Assembly: GCF_037042905.1 (NCBI RefSeq)
Contig: NC_087251.1
Span: forward strand, 26,476,001 to 26,540,000
Reading direction: 5' to 3'
Source: Lytechinus pictus
Taxonomy: Eukaryota
Length of the DNA stretch: 64,000 nt
The position numbers and the translations under genes were made by a program. The notes under the pieces are model-generated. The model did no database searches, was not told where the DNA came from, and saw only the letters and a program-made list of their open reading frames with translations. Position 1 is the stretch's first letter. The number at the start of each line of letters is the position of its first letter. Of this stretch, positions 25,005 to 36,200 are shown piece by piece.

Positions 25005-26506
25005 ATTGATCGATCTGTTTGATAAGTCGGAAAAAAAAATGAGTAGATGATAAGTTCAATCCTGCTGGTTCCTAGATTTTTTCTGACTTACGGTATCAAA
25101 CAGATCGATCAATGTGATCTTGTTCACTGGTTGAAAGCCCTAAGTATTTATAGTGAAACTTCCCCTGCAAGCCTTTAACATTCAATCTAATTGTAATGGT
25201 TATAGACTTCAAATGCTCACTAATATCCCAGCAATGTGAAAAACATGTCCGATAAAACCAAGTATGCTTCATCTGTTCAGATGAACTGCCATGGTATATA
25301 ATGTCCCTCATGTCATAACAGTACCACAATACTAGCCATCAGAAACCAGTAGTCAACAGAAATTTCATGCAAGATTTGACAACTGGGGCCTCGTTCATGA
25401 TTGCTTTTTACTGAAAACACAACTGACCACATGCTTTGTGGTTGTAGTGGGAAAGTGATGCATGAATCGTGGTTTCCCCGGCTGTCACGTGAAATGATAC
25501 CACTCTCTAATTTGCGTTGAAATGCATGCATATATGAAGAAGTCATGGTGGTATTTTATTATAACTGTAGGATTGTAAAAAAAAAACAGATTTAATATTC
25601 CAGTCAGTTGAAGTTATAATCAAACCAAATTTGCCAATTTCAACTACATTGCACCCTTGCACAAAGTCATTGGAAATCAATACTGGTAATTATTCTACAA
25701 CATTTCCTACAAAGAGGAAAGACAATCTGGCTGCTCATTTGCTTCTCCACCAGGAGAAAAGAAGATGGAGAAAACTCATGGGAAACTAATTACGTTTGGC
25801 AAATACAGCTGAATGAATACACAAATTTGAAAAATAAAGGCATACATTTTGAACTCTGATTGAACTGAAGCCAAAGTCTAATCAGTCTGTGCTAGAAGTA
25901 TAGAAATCAACAAATATAAAAACTCTTGTCTTTGTACTGCATGTTTCTTATGTTTACTGGGATCTTTTCCCCATGCTTCAATAGCAAAGAAATTAAGCTA
26001 TTGTGGTTATCATTTTCCAGACATCTACTGTTAAATATTTGTGTCATATTTGGATACCGATAGTTAAACCACATATCTAGTATATTTAATTAAACCAACC
26101 TTCAGAATACGGCCAAATGGAGTTCTCTTTTAACAAGAGGTGTCAGGGCCTGTTTCTCAAACAGCTGTAATAGATTTAAAATCAAACTTACATTAAGATC
26201 TCTTCACTACATAAATTTAGACCAATTATAATTGTAGTTTGAATTGAATATATTGTATCTGTTTAACATTGGCCCAGAACTGGTGGTAAAAAAAGGAAAC
26301 TGATGAAAATAAGTCTCAAATTGTCTGGCTTCCATTTAGAGTTCCATGCGAGAGATCATCTGATATATTCCACTAATGTTTTGAGTGAAATTTTAGTAAA
26401 ATTGATCCAAATGATCACTTATCAACTGACACCTCCTTTACAATGGTCTAGAGATTAACACTGGACATTCATATTACAGGGTAGCATGTCATGAAAGGAC
26501 TAATTA

Positions 26507-26982
26507 AGTGGTTTCAGACTGACTCGGAAGTTCGTCAGTTCCAGGTATTTTCTGATCGGGAAATTTACCCCGATCAGAAAATACCAGGTAATATTGGCAA
26601 TGTGAAAGCAAATTATGCTTCATCTTCCCGAAAGAAAATACCCACTAAATAGTAGGTACTCGTCAAAATTACGAGAACTTTCGCAGGGATTTTTCCAAGG
26701 TCGCAGGTATTTTGGCAATGTGAAAGCAATTTACGGGAACTTTTAGCCTAGCGTGTAGTTGGGCGCGGGCGCCATGGGTGGCTGCTGAGCTAATAATTTT
26801 GAATCTTGTACCTTGCTTGCTTATCAGACCATAATGCGCATGCTCGTAACTTCAGGAACTTTTCCCGTAGGGTATGTTTCGGGGCGGTGTGAATGCAGGA
26901 ATAATTAACGGGTACTTTTTAGCCTAAACAAGTTCTCGTAATTTAACAGGGATTCTCATGATTGAGGCGGTTTGAAACCACC
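26507..26982. mobile_element. MITE inserted into an older short MITE (~26478-27118)
   Basis: AGTGGTTTCAGACTGACTC...GAGGCGGTTTGAAACCACC TIRs; flanks join into a CTGACAA/CCAATCA-type short repeat also seen at ~17054-17191. Confidence 0.7.
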
Positions 26983-28235
26983 TATTGTCAGACATTTTAT
27001 CTGACAAGTCCTGTTTTATCAGACAGTTACCATAGGAACTGTGCTCCTCGGCCAATCAAAATCAAGGAAAGTTGTCAGACAACTTGTTGGACATAAATGT
27101 TGATGGCACACTCCTCTCATGTCCAACAGTATTTGGTAAACTCTGCTGCATAGAAAAACTCAAACTTTGGTTCTACATATGGGTGATGTTTCAAACAATA
27201 CCCTTGCACAGACCTCAACCTACATGTCTGATATTATAGTCATTTCTGAACAAATTTTGCTGAAAAAAATGGTCATCTGTGTTTAAAATTCACAATTAAA
27301 CTCCAGTAAACAATAGACTGCACAGGTCAAATAATGGACACCTATTAAACATGAAGCATTATTTCAGTTTAGAATATTCAAAACACACGTCAGTAGTAAC
27401 ATCCTCTAAGTCAAATCTCGCCTAAGTTTAACCAATTTCTGAAGTCCCAATAGATTCCGCTTAGGCAGAGTCACATGAATGAATATTCCAGATTAAAGCT
27501 CTAACTTTCCCCAAGTACTTTATCTGATCTTTGAGCACAAGAAAAGTGCATGTACTACAAATACTATTGATACATATTACTCAATGTATAAAGTTCTAAT
27601 GAAGTATTTATTTTCAAGAGCAAGGTAATAACGCCATAGGCATAGACAGAAGACAATCATAATTAACAGGTGTAATAAAATATTTTGATGCTGGCAGTTA
27701 GAAAGTTCATTCTGGCCTCGTTAAATATTATCACGATCAACATCCGACAATGAACGACGAACCCCGGTTTCGTGTTACAAACAAAGCATACTTGACATTT
27801 GTTTACATATATAATTGGAAATTGTATACATTTTTTTCACACATTAAGTTCTTCAAATGCTGAAAGTGCTTGCCAGAGGCTTGTCTGCCATGTGATTCAT
27901 CTGTTTAAGTTAAACATTGTTCACACCTATCTTTCATGAATCAACCTCTGCAATTTGAAGATATTTTTATCAGAGGTTAGCCTAACAAACGGTAGTTTGA
28001 TAGGCTAACCTCTGATTTGGATGTGATAGTCACATCCAAGTCCAACATATCGAGTGACATATTTCATAATTTGTGAGGGGGTGGGTATAATTTTTTTTTT
28101 CTAATTTTTATTGAAGACATAAATACTTCTTTAGATCTTTATGAGAACACAATGATTATTCTGCCAAATGATCTTCTTTTGAGTAAAGCTTATACTTTTG
28201 GCCATGCAAAGGCAACACCAACACCTGCTTGTTAA

Positions 28236-28635
28236 AGATAAATACCAGTTTTGGTGATGATCTCAAAATGAGTTTGAACAGAATCCAATGAAATTACCAC
28301 CAAAGTGTTTGTATGTATGAATAAAAAATGTGTGCCAAATAGCCATGGAGGAAAATGCGTAATTGCTGAAAAATGAGCAAAATAAGCACAGAATTCCATT
28401 AAATGTCTGGTATCTTTGAAGCAATATTAATACACTGTCCCACATAATTATGCTTTTCTGTGTTAGTGATCATCAGAATTATCGATTTTGACAGAGCTAA
28501 GATTTCATGATTTTACAAAGGTAAGTTTACATTAATGTTCCAGATCTATATGTATGATAATATTTTGACAGTTAACCTTGATTTTAAAGACTTTCTCATG
28601 AATTAATTATTTGCTGCAACTACTGTCTTTTACCT
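28236..28635. mobile_element. TTAA-type MITE
   Basis: TTAA|AGATAAATACCAGT...ACTGTCTTTTACCT|TTAA, imperfect TIRs. Confidence 0.65.
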
Positions 28636-30606
28636 TTAAAATCACAGACTTACAAAAAAATAATTAAATTCTTTTGCAATTTTCCAATAATAAGCAAAAC
28701 GCAACAATGGAAAACTGAAAGCTCAGGCTGGAGCAGAGTTTTGTTGTCAATTCCACTGAATATCAAAATAGCAGATGCTTGTTAACTGTTAGTATTTGTC
28801 AAATGACCTTGAAAAATGTGGCCTGCATGCCTTCAAATCTGGCACATATCAGATTGGAGAAGAATTTCAACATCTTATGGAAGGCAAGCTCGCATTTCTA
28901 TTCAATCTAAATAAAGTATTGCTGTATCATTAGTGATTTTTGTGGGCGGGGGGTGGGGGTGGCAGGGGGTATCAATGGTCAATGCCTGATGGATTGTCAG
29001 AATTTGAAGTTCTTTTCTTAAATTCTTTTTTGTCCATGACAATATTTCCATTTCTTTTTTCAATCTTATGAGAATGATTTTTATTTAGGGCACAGATCTA
29101 GAGTTTGCTACTCACCATGTACACCTGAAAACAAATGCAAGCAAAACATGATGCATAGATTGAACAAAATAGTTTTACGATAAAAACAATCATTGCCTTG
29201 AGACCTTTTTAATATACATGCAAATTATTTACAACACATTTGTCAATGATACAGTATATCCCTGTGTATTTCATACACAAAACATCACATTTCATTATTT
29301 GAGCAGTGGTTGAAATAGATATACTACTTTAATATATAGAACAAGTTAAGTTTCATTCATGATATAATTTTATCATTGGTGCATTCATTTTTAATGGAAT
29401 ATGCTAGGTTTTATTGAAGTGCTTGTCTCCATTTATAAAAAGCATTTTCAAAATCATTTATACTATATGTTTTTCTACTTTTGAAATAGAAATATACATG
29501 AAAGTCACATGTTTTCTATATGTTACACACAGTAAAACATTCTTTCATTTCATGTAATGTTTTAAGGTTTATATTTTGCTTTTTTTTCCTTTAAAGCATT
29601 TTAATTACAAGCTTCAACAATAAGAAATTAAAGTTAAACTCTTTTTTTTTGTCACAATAATATGCCATCCATAGTTAAATCAATAAATGTCATAATTGAA
29701 GTACTAGCCTTTTTATACAAGTGATAAAATGAATATCAAATAAAATCATCCAAATTATTCTGCAATTCATCACACCAGAACTTGAATCTACTAGAATGAT
29801 TTTGATTAGATGCTCTAATTAAGTCTAATATTTAAGACCATGTAGATCAAAGCAACAATCCTATCAACTAGAACAGTAAAATATTACCAAGGAGTGATAT
29901 GAAACACTCTTGGTGAATCAGAGAGCCATTAATCAAAGCGTTTTTCGCTATTTTTTTTGGGTGCTATTTTGATTAAGGGGAAACTTACTTGTCATGTATA
30001 AATATCAGAGCTAAAACTTTAAATTGCAAAACTACTTAGAAGTCATTTATTCAAGATACTTGAATCACTTTACTTTGGTAAAAGCATTATATTATACCAA
30101 CATAGCGCATAAAAACTTACCATCTTATACATACAGAAACTATACAATGTACATAAACTATTTCAGATCAATGCTCAACTGAAATGGAAAAAAAATGAGC
30201 ACACATATTTTACGATGAAATTGGACTTTTTATTTGCACAAGGGCATCTCCCTTGATCCCTAGATTTTCTGGGTAATCCCGAGGTGAAAGATTTTCTCAC
30301 CAAATAGTAGACTGCTATAATTACATTTGCTAATCACTTCATGTACATGGGCATTTTCACTTTCTTGAAGCATGACAAATCATGCAAAGTTGATTGTCAT
30401 GTGCACTCAGCAAACTTGAGTTTAGGTGATATTATGCATTTAGAATGATCATGGTCGCGTCAGTGAATATATGAACATCTATTTTCATGTAAAAAAAAAA
30501 AAGACAAATCCATTGAACATGACATCTACATGTACATTGACACAATGTTACATAGAACAGAAAATGTTATACAATGTAAGAAAACAATGTATTTTTCACT
30601 ATCATG

Positions 30607-30813
30607 AAACTTAACATGTGTTTGTAAGCTCTTACTTGCATGGCTGCAAGCTTTATCAGACCTTTGCTAAAGACGGCCGGGTTGCTGTTGGAGCACGAGA
30701 GAGTGTAAGAATGGGATAGTATGTCAAGGAAAGAGCGTATTATCACATCTATGATGAAGGCTTGATGAAGCTTACAACTAGCAAGTGAAAGCTTACCAAA
30801 ACAGGTAAAATTT
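30607..30813. repeat. Degenerate palindromic repeat (probable MITE)
   Basis: TTTGTAAGCTCTTACTTGC...GCAAGTGAAAGCTTACCAAA inverted arms. Confidence 0.5.
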
Positions 30814-31180
30814 CTTTTTTTACTAACAAAATGTCATCACACCATTTGGATGAACCTCTTTAGTCGGCAATTGTTAATACCTAAAAATCTCCAGGAATAT
30901 CTACTACCATTTACTTCAGCTCTCATGATTGCAAAACCATTCTTGGAATGTACATTTTAAAGCTATTCAATAGAATGACCTCATTTCATTTCATTTCAGA
31001 CTGGATTATATAGACCAAACATAAAACCAGTTTATAGAAAGAAATTACATACCAGTTATGATTTGTATAGCACATGAGTAATACATTTGACAGTTGATGT
31101 TGTCATTTGACAGAAGTACATACACTCTTGCCCAGGAGAAATATAAAGGCAGAAAGAAATACTTTGATGTTACTTATTAA

Positions 31181-32906
31181 CATTTTGAACCCTGAATTAT
31201 TAGAGACAGTCGTGACCCTCACCCTGAATTATTACCAGATATAAAGCTTATCGGCAAAACGAAGGAACACATGACATTTGAAATAAATTATCTCCTATTC
31301 TCATGATTCGAGCCCAGTCATGTCAGCAGCTCCTTACTCCGCTGATATCCGGCCCTGCCCTGCTGATGTTGTTTAGCTTTCCGTTCTAACGATAATCTCA
31401 AATTTTGTCTCATAATTACTGTTTTGACTGAAGTAAACTCCAACAATTGCTTACGCATAGTCCGTACACGACTCGCCGTGTACCTCCTTGGTAGGGTATT
31501 ATGTTTTGGTCAATTTTTATGCTGAAACCTTATAAATGAAAGCCAATCGTCTTCAGAAAATATCAACTGAAGTTATCGACTGAATATCTCTAAAATCAAG
31601 TCATTTTTAAAGGTCACCTGATATCTAAAACCCTTGCTTTCGAATCACAAGACTTGAAGCCAGTATTCTGGCTTTTAGGGTATAAGCACGTTCATGGTGC
31701 AGCCGTTATTCCGGCTTTTAGGGTTCAAAAGGTTTTTCTTTTTAGAAAAAGTTAAATTCCATGAAATAACAACCCTTATTTGTGTGTTTACTTCTGATCC
31801 AATTTTTACTTCACTCTATGAAGTACTAGACCATGACGTTGCAGAGATTTAGATTTACGATTGTAAGCTTGTGATGCGCCTATTTGGCAATGAATGTTGA
31901 TGCTATATGCACATGCACTAGGACGCTGCTCTCACATTGCCTAATTTCTCACATGGTTTGGTCCACCCAAATCTGACGCATTCTCTGGAGCTGCACATGT
32001 TAGATGATTGTTGCGTCGTCATAACACTGGGAAGTGTATGCACCTGTAACACTATGGGGACACACTGGTTTTCACAAGTAATGCTTGAATCCATGACAAT
32101 AACATTGCGTTTAAACATGGCATCCACCACTACTGGAAACAGCTGAGAAAAGTAAGCCCAGGCGCTGCGCAATGTAATCCCCCTCTGTGAGAAGCGACCT
32201 TGACAGGGGGAGAGGGAGAAAGAGACAGAGGTAAGCACGATTGAGGGAGAGGGCACAGCTAACTCTCTATGAGCCCAGCGCATCGCAACTCGTCAGGACA
32301 GTTTCGTTTAAAATTGTTTATATTGCCAATTCTGGGCCATTTTGCTTCGTTAAAACTTTCATTTCGGTCTTCATCTAAATCATGAGTGACTTATGGACAT
32401 GAAACTATCTTTAAAAAAGTAAAATATAATTCCTACTTCTCCTTTCCTTTTGGGCAGAGCCCCAGTAAGTGTTTGTTTACACTATTATGTAAGATAATGA
32501 AAAGCACATCTGAAATCAAATACCATAATTTCTCATGGGAAGCTGCAAGGCGCTGACCACTCTTTTAAACGAGGAAAACGAAATCGGGGTCGTGATACCC
32601 CACCTGAAGTACATAGGTTTCTGTGTTATAGGGGTGGTGGGGTAAAGTTTTAATGATAGATGAATGAAATGTAGAGCAGATTATCTAAGAAAGAATCTTC
32701 ACAAAATCTAAACCGATTTTGTAAATGCGGTATGATAAATGAGGAGAATGCTTGCCATACTAGCATTCCACATCATTGGAGTTGAAATTCTATAACTGCA
32801 CTTAATATGTAAGAGAATCACATGACTTGAAGCCAGTATTCCGGCTTTTAGGGTATATGCGCGTTCATGGTGAAGCTGTTTTTTTTGCCTTTCGGGGTTC
32901 AAAGGG
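31181..32906. mobile_element. Non-autonomous piggyBac-like element in the FNTB 3' region
   Basis: TTAA|CATTTTGAACCCTGAA...TTCGGGGTTCAAAGGG|TTAA; right-end segment duplicated internally at ~31645-31735; no transposase ORF. Confidence 0.7.
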
Positions 32907-33131
32907 TTAACGATAGGGGTACCTTGAAAAACAAAAGACATGTCACTGTTATGTCATTGTCCATGGAGGATTTATCGTCCGATCACGTACAGTCAAACCT
33001 CGCTGATGATTGATTCCCATCATATTTCACACATGTTTACTACCATAGGGGATGCATATTGCAGCAGTGGATGGATAGCATAATAATAATAATACAGATT
33101 AAGTAGTCTACGACTCAGACTCAACGTATCC

Positions 33132-33224
33132 TCATCTGGGGGTGGGGATGGGTAGCTTGCCGAAGTAGTGTGATGCATTGTGGGCACACTGAAGACTGAT
33201 GTTAAACACTGGATGGGTTGGTCT
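33132..33224 (-). CDS. FNTB: FNTB exon 12 (last coding)
   Basis: RPTHPVFNISLQCAHNASHYFGKLPIPTPR*; resembles human QPTHPVYNI...YF...P. Confidence 0.95.
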   Translation of the reverse strand, partial: RPTHPVFNISLQCAHNASHYFGKLPIPTPR

Positions 33225-36200
33225 CTGTACGAAGAAAAAAAAACAAAGCTAAAAGTTCATCAACATAGCTTTGTTTTAAAATATTTCTATTGTATTCCAT
33301 AATACTATACAATCATGAGAAAAAGGAAATTAATAACATATTTTGTCTCTAAAAAGCAACCCCCCCCCCCTCTGATATACACAATGTGAAAAGTAGATGC
33401 CACATCTTGGACCTTTCATTCAAATGTTTTATCAACAAAGGAGGAGACTACTTTGTCAACGATTTGATAAATAATGATAAGAGGTGGGTATTCGTAAGTT
33501 ATGCCTAACTTTACAAATGACTGATGATCTGTTCATGCACTAAATGAGACACACAATGCTTTTCCATAGTGGGGGTCAATTTCCTTCCTATTACCCTAAT
33601 CCATTAAGATGCACTATCAGGGCCCCCGTCTTACAAAGAGTTACGATTGATCCGATCAATCGTCGTAATCCATCAGTGTCATAATTTTTTCTACAGGATA
33701 TTTGCACAATGTCCTTTGTAAACAAAGAGAAGCACAGTGAATTTTCAAGAAAACAATGAATGCATGAATATGCATCATAGTTAGAAAATATTTTGAACAA
33801 ACATGCATAATAGATGTTGACGTTGCTGGCCGTCCATAGTTGTGATTGATCGGATCAATCGCAACTCTGATGGGGCCCTGATATTCCTTCACAAAAATAT
33901 TAATTTACAAATCAGATTTTAACTTTAGCTAACGAGAATAAAAATATTTGAGCATCTAGGGGTGTTTCACATGAGGTTTCACACTTAAATGTCCAGTTGT
34001 GTGCCGAATAAAATGTGCACTGCCGCTTATTGATCAATAAGCGTCAGCACTACGCATGACTTTAAGTCAGGGGGTGTTTCTTCATGAAACACCCCCCTGA
34101 TTAAGAGCAGATAACCAGTCATGCATTAAGTTGCGCACAACTTACACACAGCTAGATATAGAACGGCCCCATAATTCAAACTTACAAGTTCATTTTTGGG
34201 ATCACCAGCTACATCATCTTCCCTGAGTTGACCAGCTAAGAAATGTTGAGCCACTGATAGACCACTTAGACAATAGCAGGTGTGGTAAAAGTCTCTCGCC
34301 CTGTAGGGGATACCAGTAGGCAAACAAAAAAATCAGCATGAAAACTAATCCCAAAAATCATTAGGATGCTTTTGTGACTAGAAATATGATGCAACGACAT
34401 TGATGAAATTCTAACTGAAGAAAAAATATGAATTTGTAGAATTTTTCTTATATATTCAATATTCCCCCTCCTAAGATCTCGGCCATTTACAGCATGTTTA
34501 CAACGAAAATCGGCACACACATATCTCCCTACATAAACTACAAATCTGTACAGTCAATTTCTCTGAAAACTAACTTAATTATGTAATTTATGCATAAAAT
34601 CAAAGATATGTTGCAATATCTTAAATGATCAAATTTTATTTTACAAACAATCAGTAAAACAATTTTTCTTTGTGTTTTATTGTTTTTTTTTCATTATTCA
34701 ATTATATTTCTGGAACTTTGTTTTTTTTATTGCTTTTCTAATAGAAATTGTCTCTAACACAATTTCAGTCATAAATAATATGATATTGATTTTTTAAATC
34801 ATTGGTTTTTACTTTTGGAATGAAACACAATTATATTGGATCTTTACATAAATATATGTTTTGTTGATCTGATATGCACTTGCAAAATGTATAACTCAAA
34901 ACAGCAAATTGTGCTGCCAACATATTGCACAAAACATAGAGGGGATGGCAGATTTAGGGTTAAGCCAACTGATTATGAGTTTTTGAATTGGGCATCTACA
35001 TATCACTTACTTTCCAGGTTTATCTATAAGTCCTCCATGATTATACTGACAACAGAGAAGAACATACTCTTGTAATGCTCCTGAAAAAGATATAACAAAA
35101 GTAAATCAAGAAACAAAAAGTATATAGCATCCATATCTACCAATGCTGAAAACAGACAAAGAAAACGCTTGAGACTAAATTTCAGAACATAGGCATATTC
35201 TCATTGAGTAGTATTCTCATATCACTGATGCATAAGATTAACTTATACTACACTTTTATGGAGTGCCAGTTGCCAACTTATTTAAATCTACATGCTCTTT
35301 TGAAAATTTGAAAATTTTGAAATGAAGAGAAAGAAATAATACGAGTATACAATCATTTGAGTATACAGAAAATTTACATGAACTTTGCTATGAATATTCA
35401 GAAGATAAAACATGGCCTTTCATAGAAATGTACAGAAGACTAAAAAAATTTCTTTAGTCTGGACTTATAATATAACACCTATTGAATTTTCCTGTTAAAA
35501 AAATCTGAACACACTAATAACATGACAATTTTGGGGAGGGTTCTGAGAAGGAAGAGGGTCTCAGTCAGCGATTTCATGAAGTAATAATAATAATAATACA
35601 AAGCATTTATGAGGTGCCGATTTATCTAGTTTCCTATTCAATGGCACACTATATAATACCCGGCTGTAGCTCCAGCTGCTAAAGGCGCTTGGTGCATTCA
35701 AGGAATTACTCCTGCCGGGTACCCATTCACCTCACCTGGGTTGAGTGCAACACAATGTGGATAAATTTCTTGCTGAAGAAAGAAACGCCATGGCTGAGAT
35801 TCGAACCCACATCCTTCTCATTGAAAGACGAGATTCGTAACCACCAGACCAAAAGGCCCCACTTAAGTAAAATATCTTGACTGAATCAGAACGGTTATCA
35901 CATCATAAATTTCTTTTACTTATTCTCTCTCTCTCTCTCTCTCTGTATTACTTTAGAAAAAAAAAGACTAAGAAAAGCATGATGTCTATATTTACAAATG
36001 AGTAAAGGACTCTTGAAAGCACACTTTAAAATGCTCAAAGTAAAGCAATACACCAATCAGTGTTATATACTTGGATGGATCATATTAAATTTTGAAACAA
36101 AATATCCCCCCCCAAAAAAAACTTGAAGGATGCACATAATTTTTTTTAACAACTGCCTGATCTTAGCCAAGAGCACAAATACACATAAAAAAGAGAACTT

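Noticed and set aside
25484..25492. CACGTG E-boxes (also ~37410, ~38234, ~42526, ~61552) as MAX autoregulation
   Set aside because: Few sites, mostly within repeats, with no clustering at a promoter.
31918..32283. 121-aa ORF as a piggyBac transposase remnant
   Set aside because: No recognisable DDD or Cys-rich motifs; likely chance.
35790..35860. tRNA gene
   Set aside because: A/B boxes are present but continue into a SINE body and (TAT)n tail; no convincing acceptor stem.
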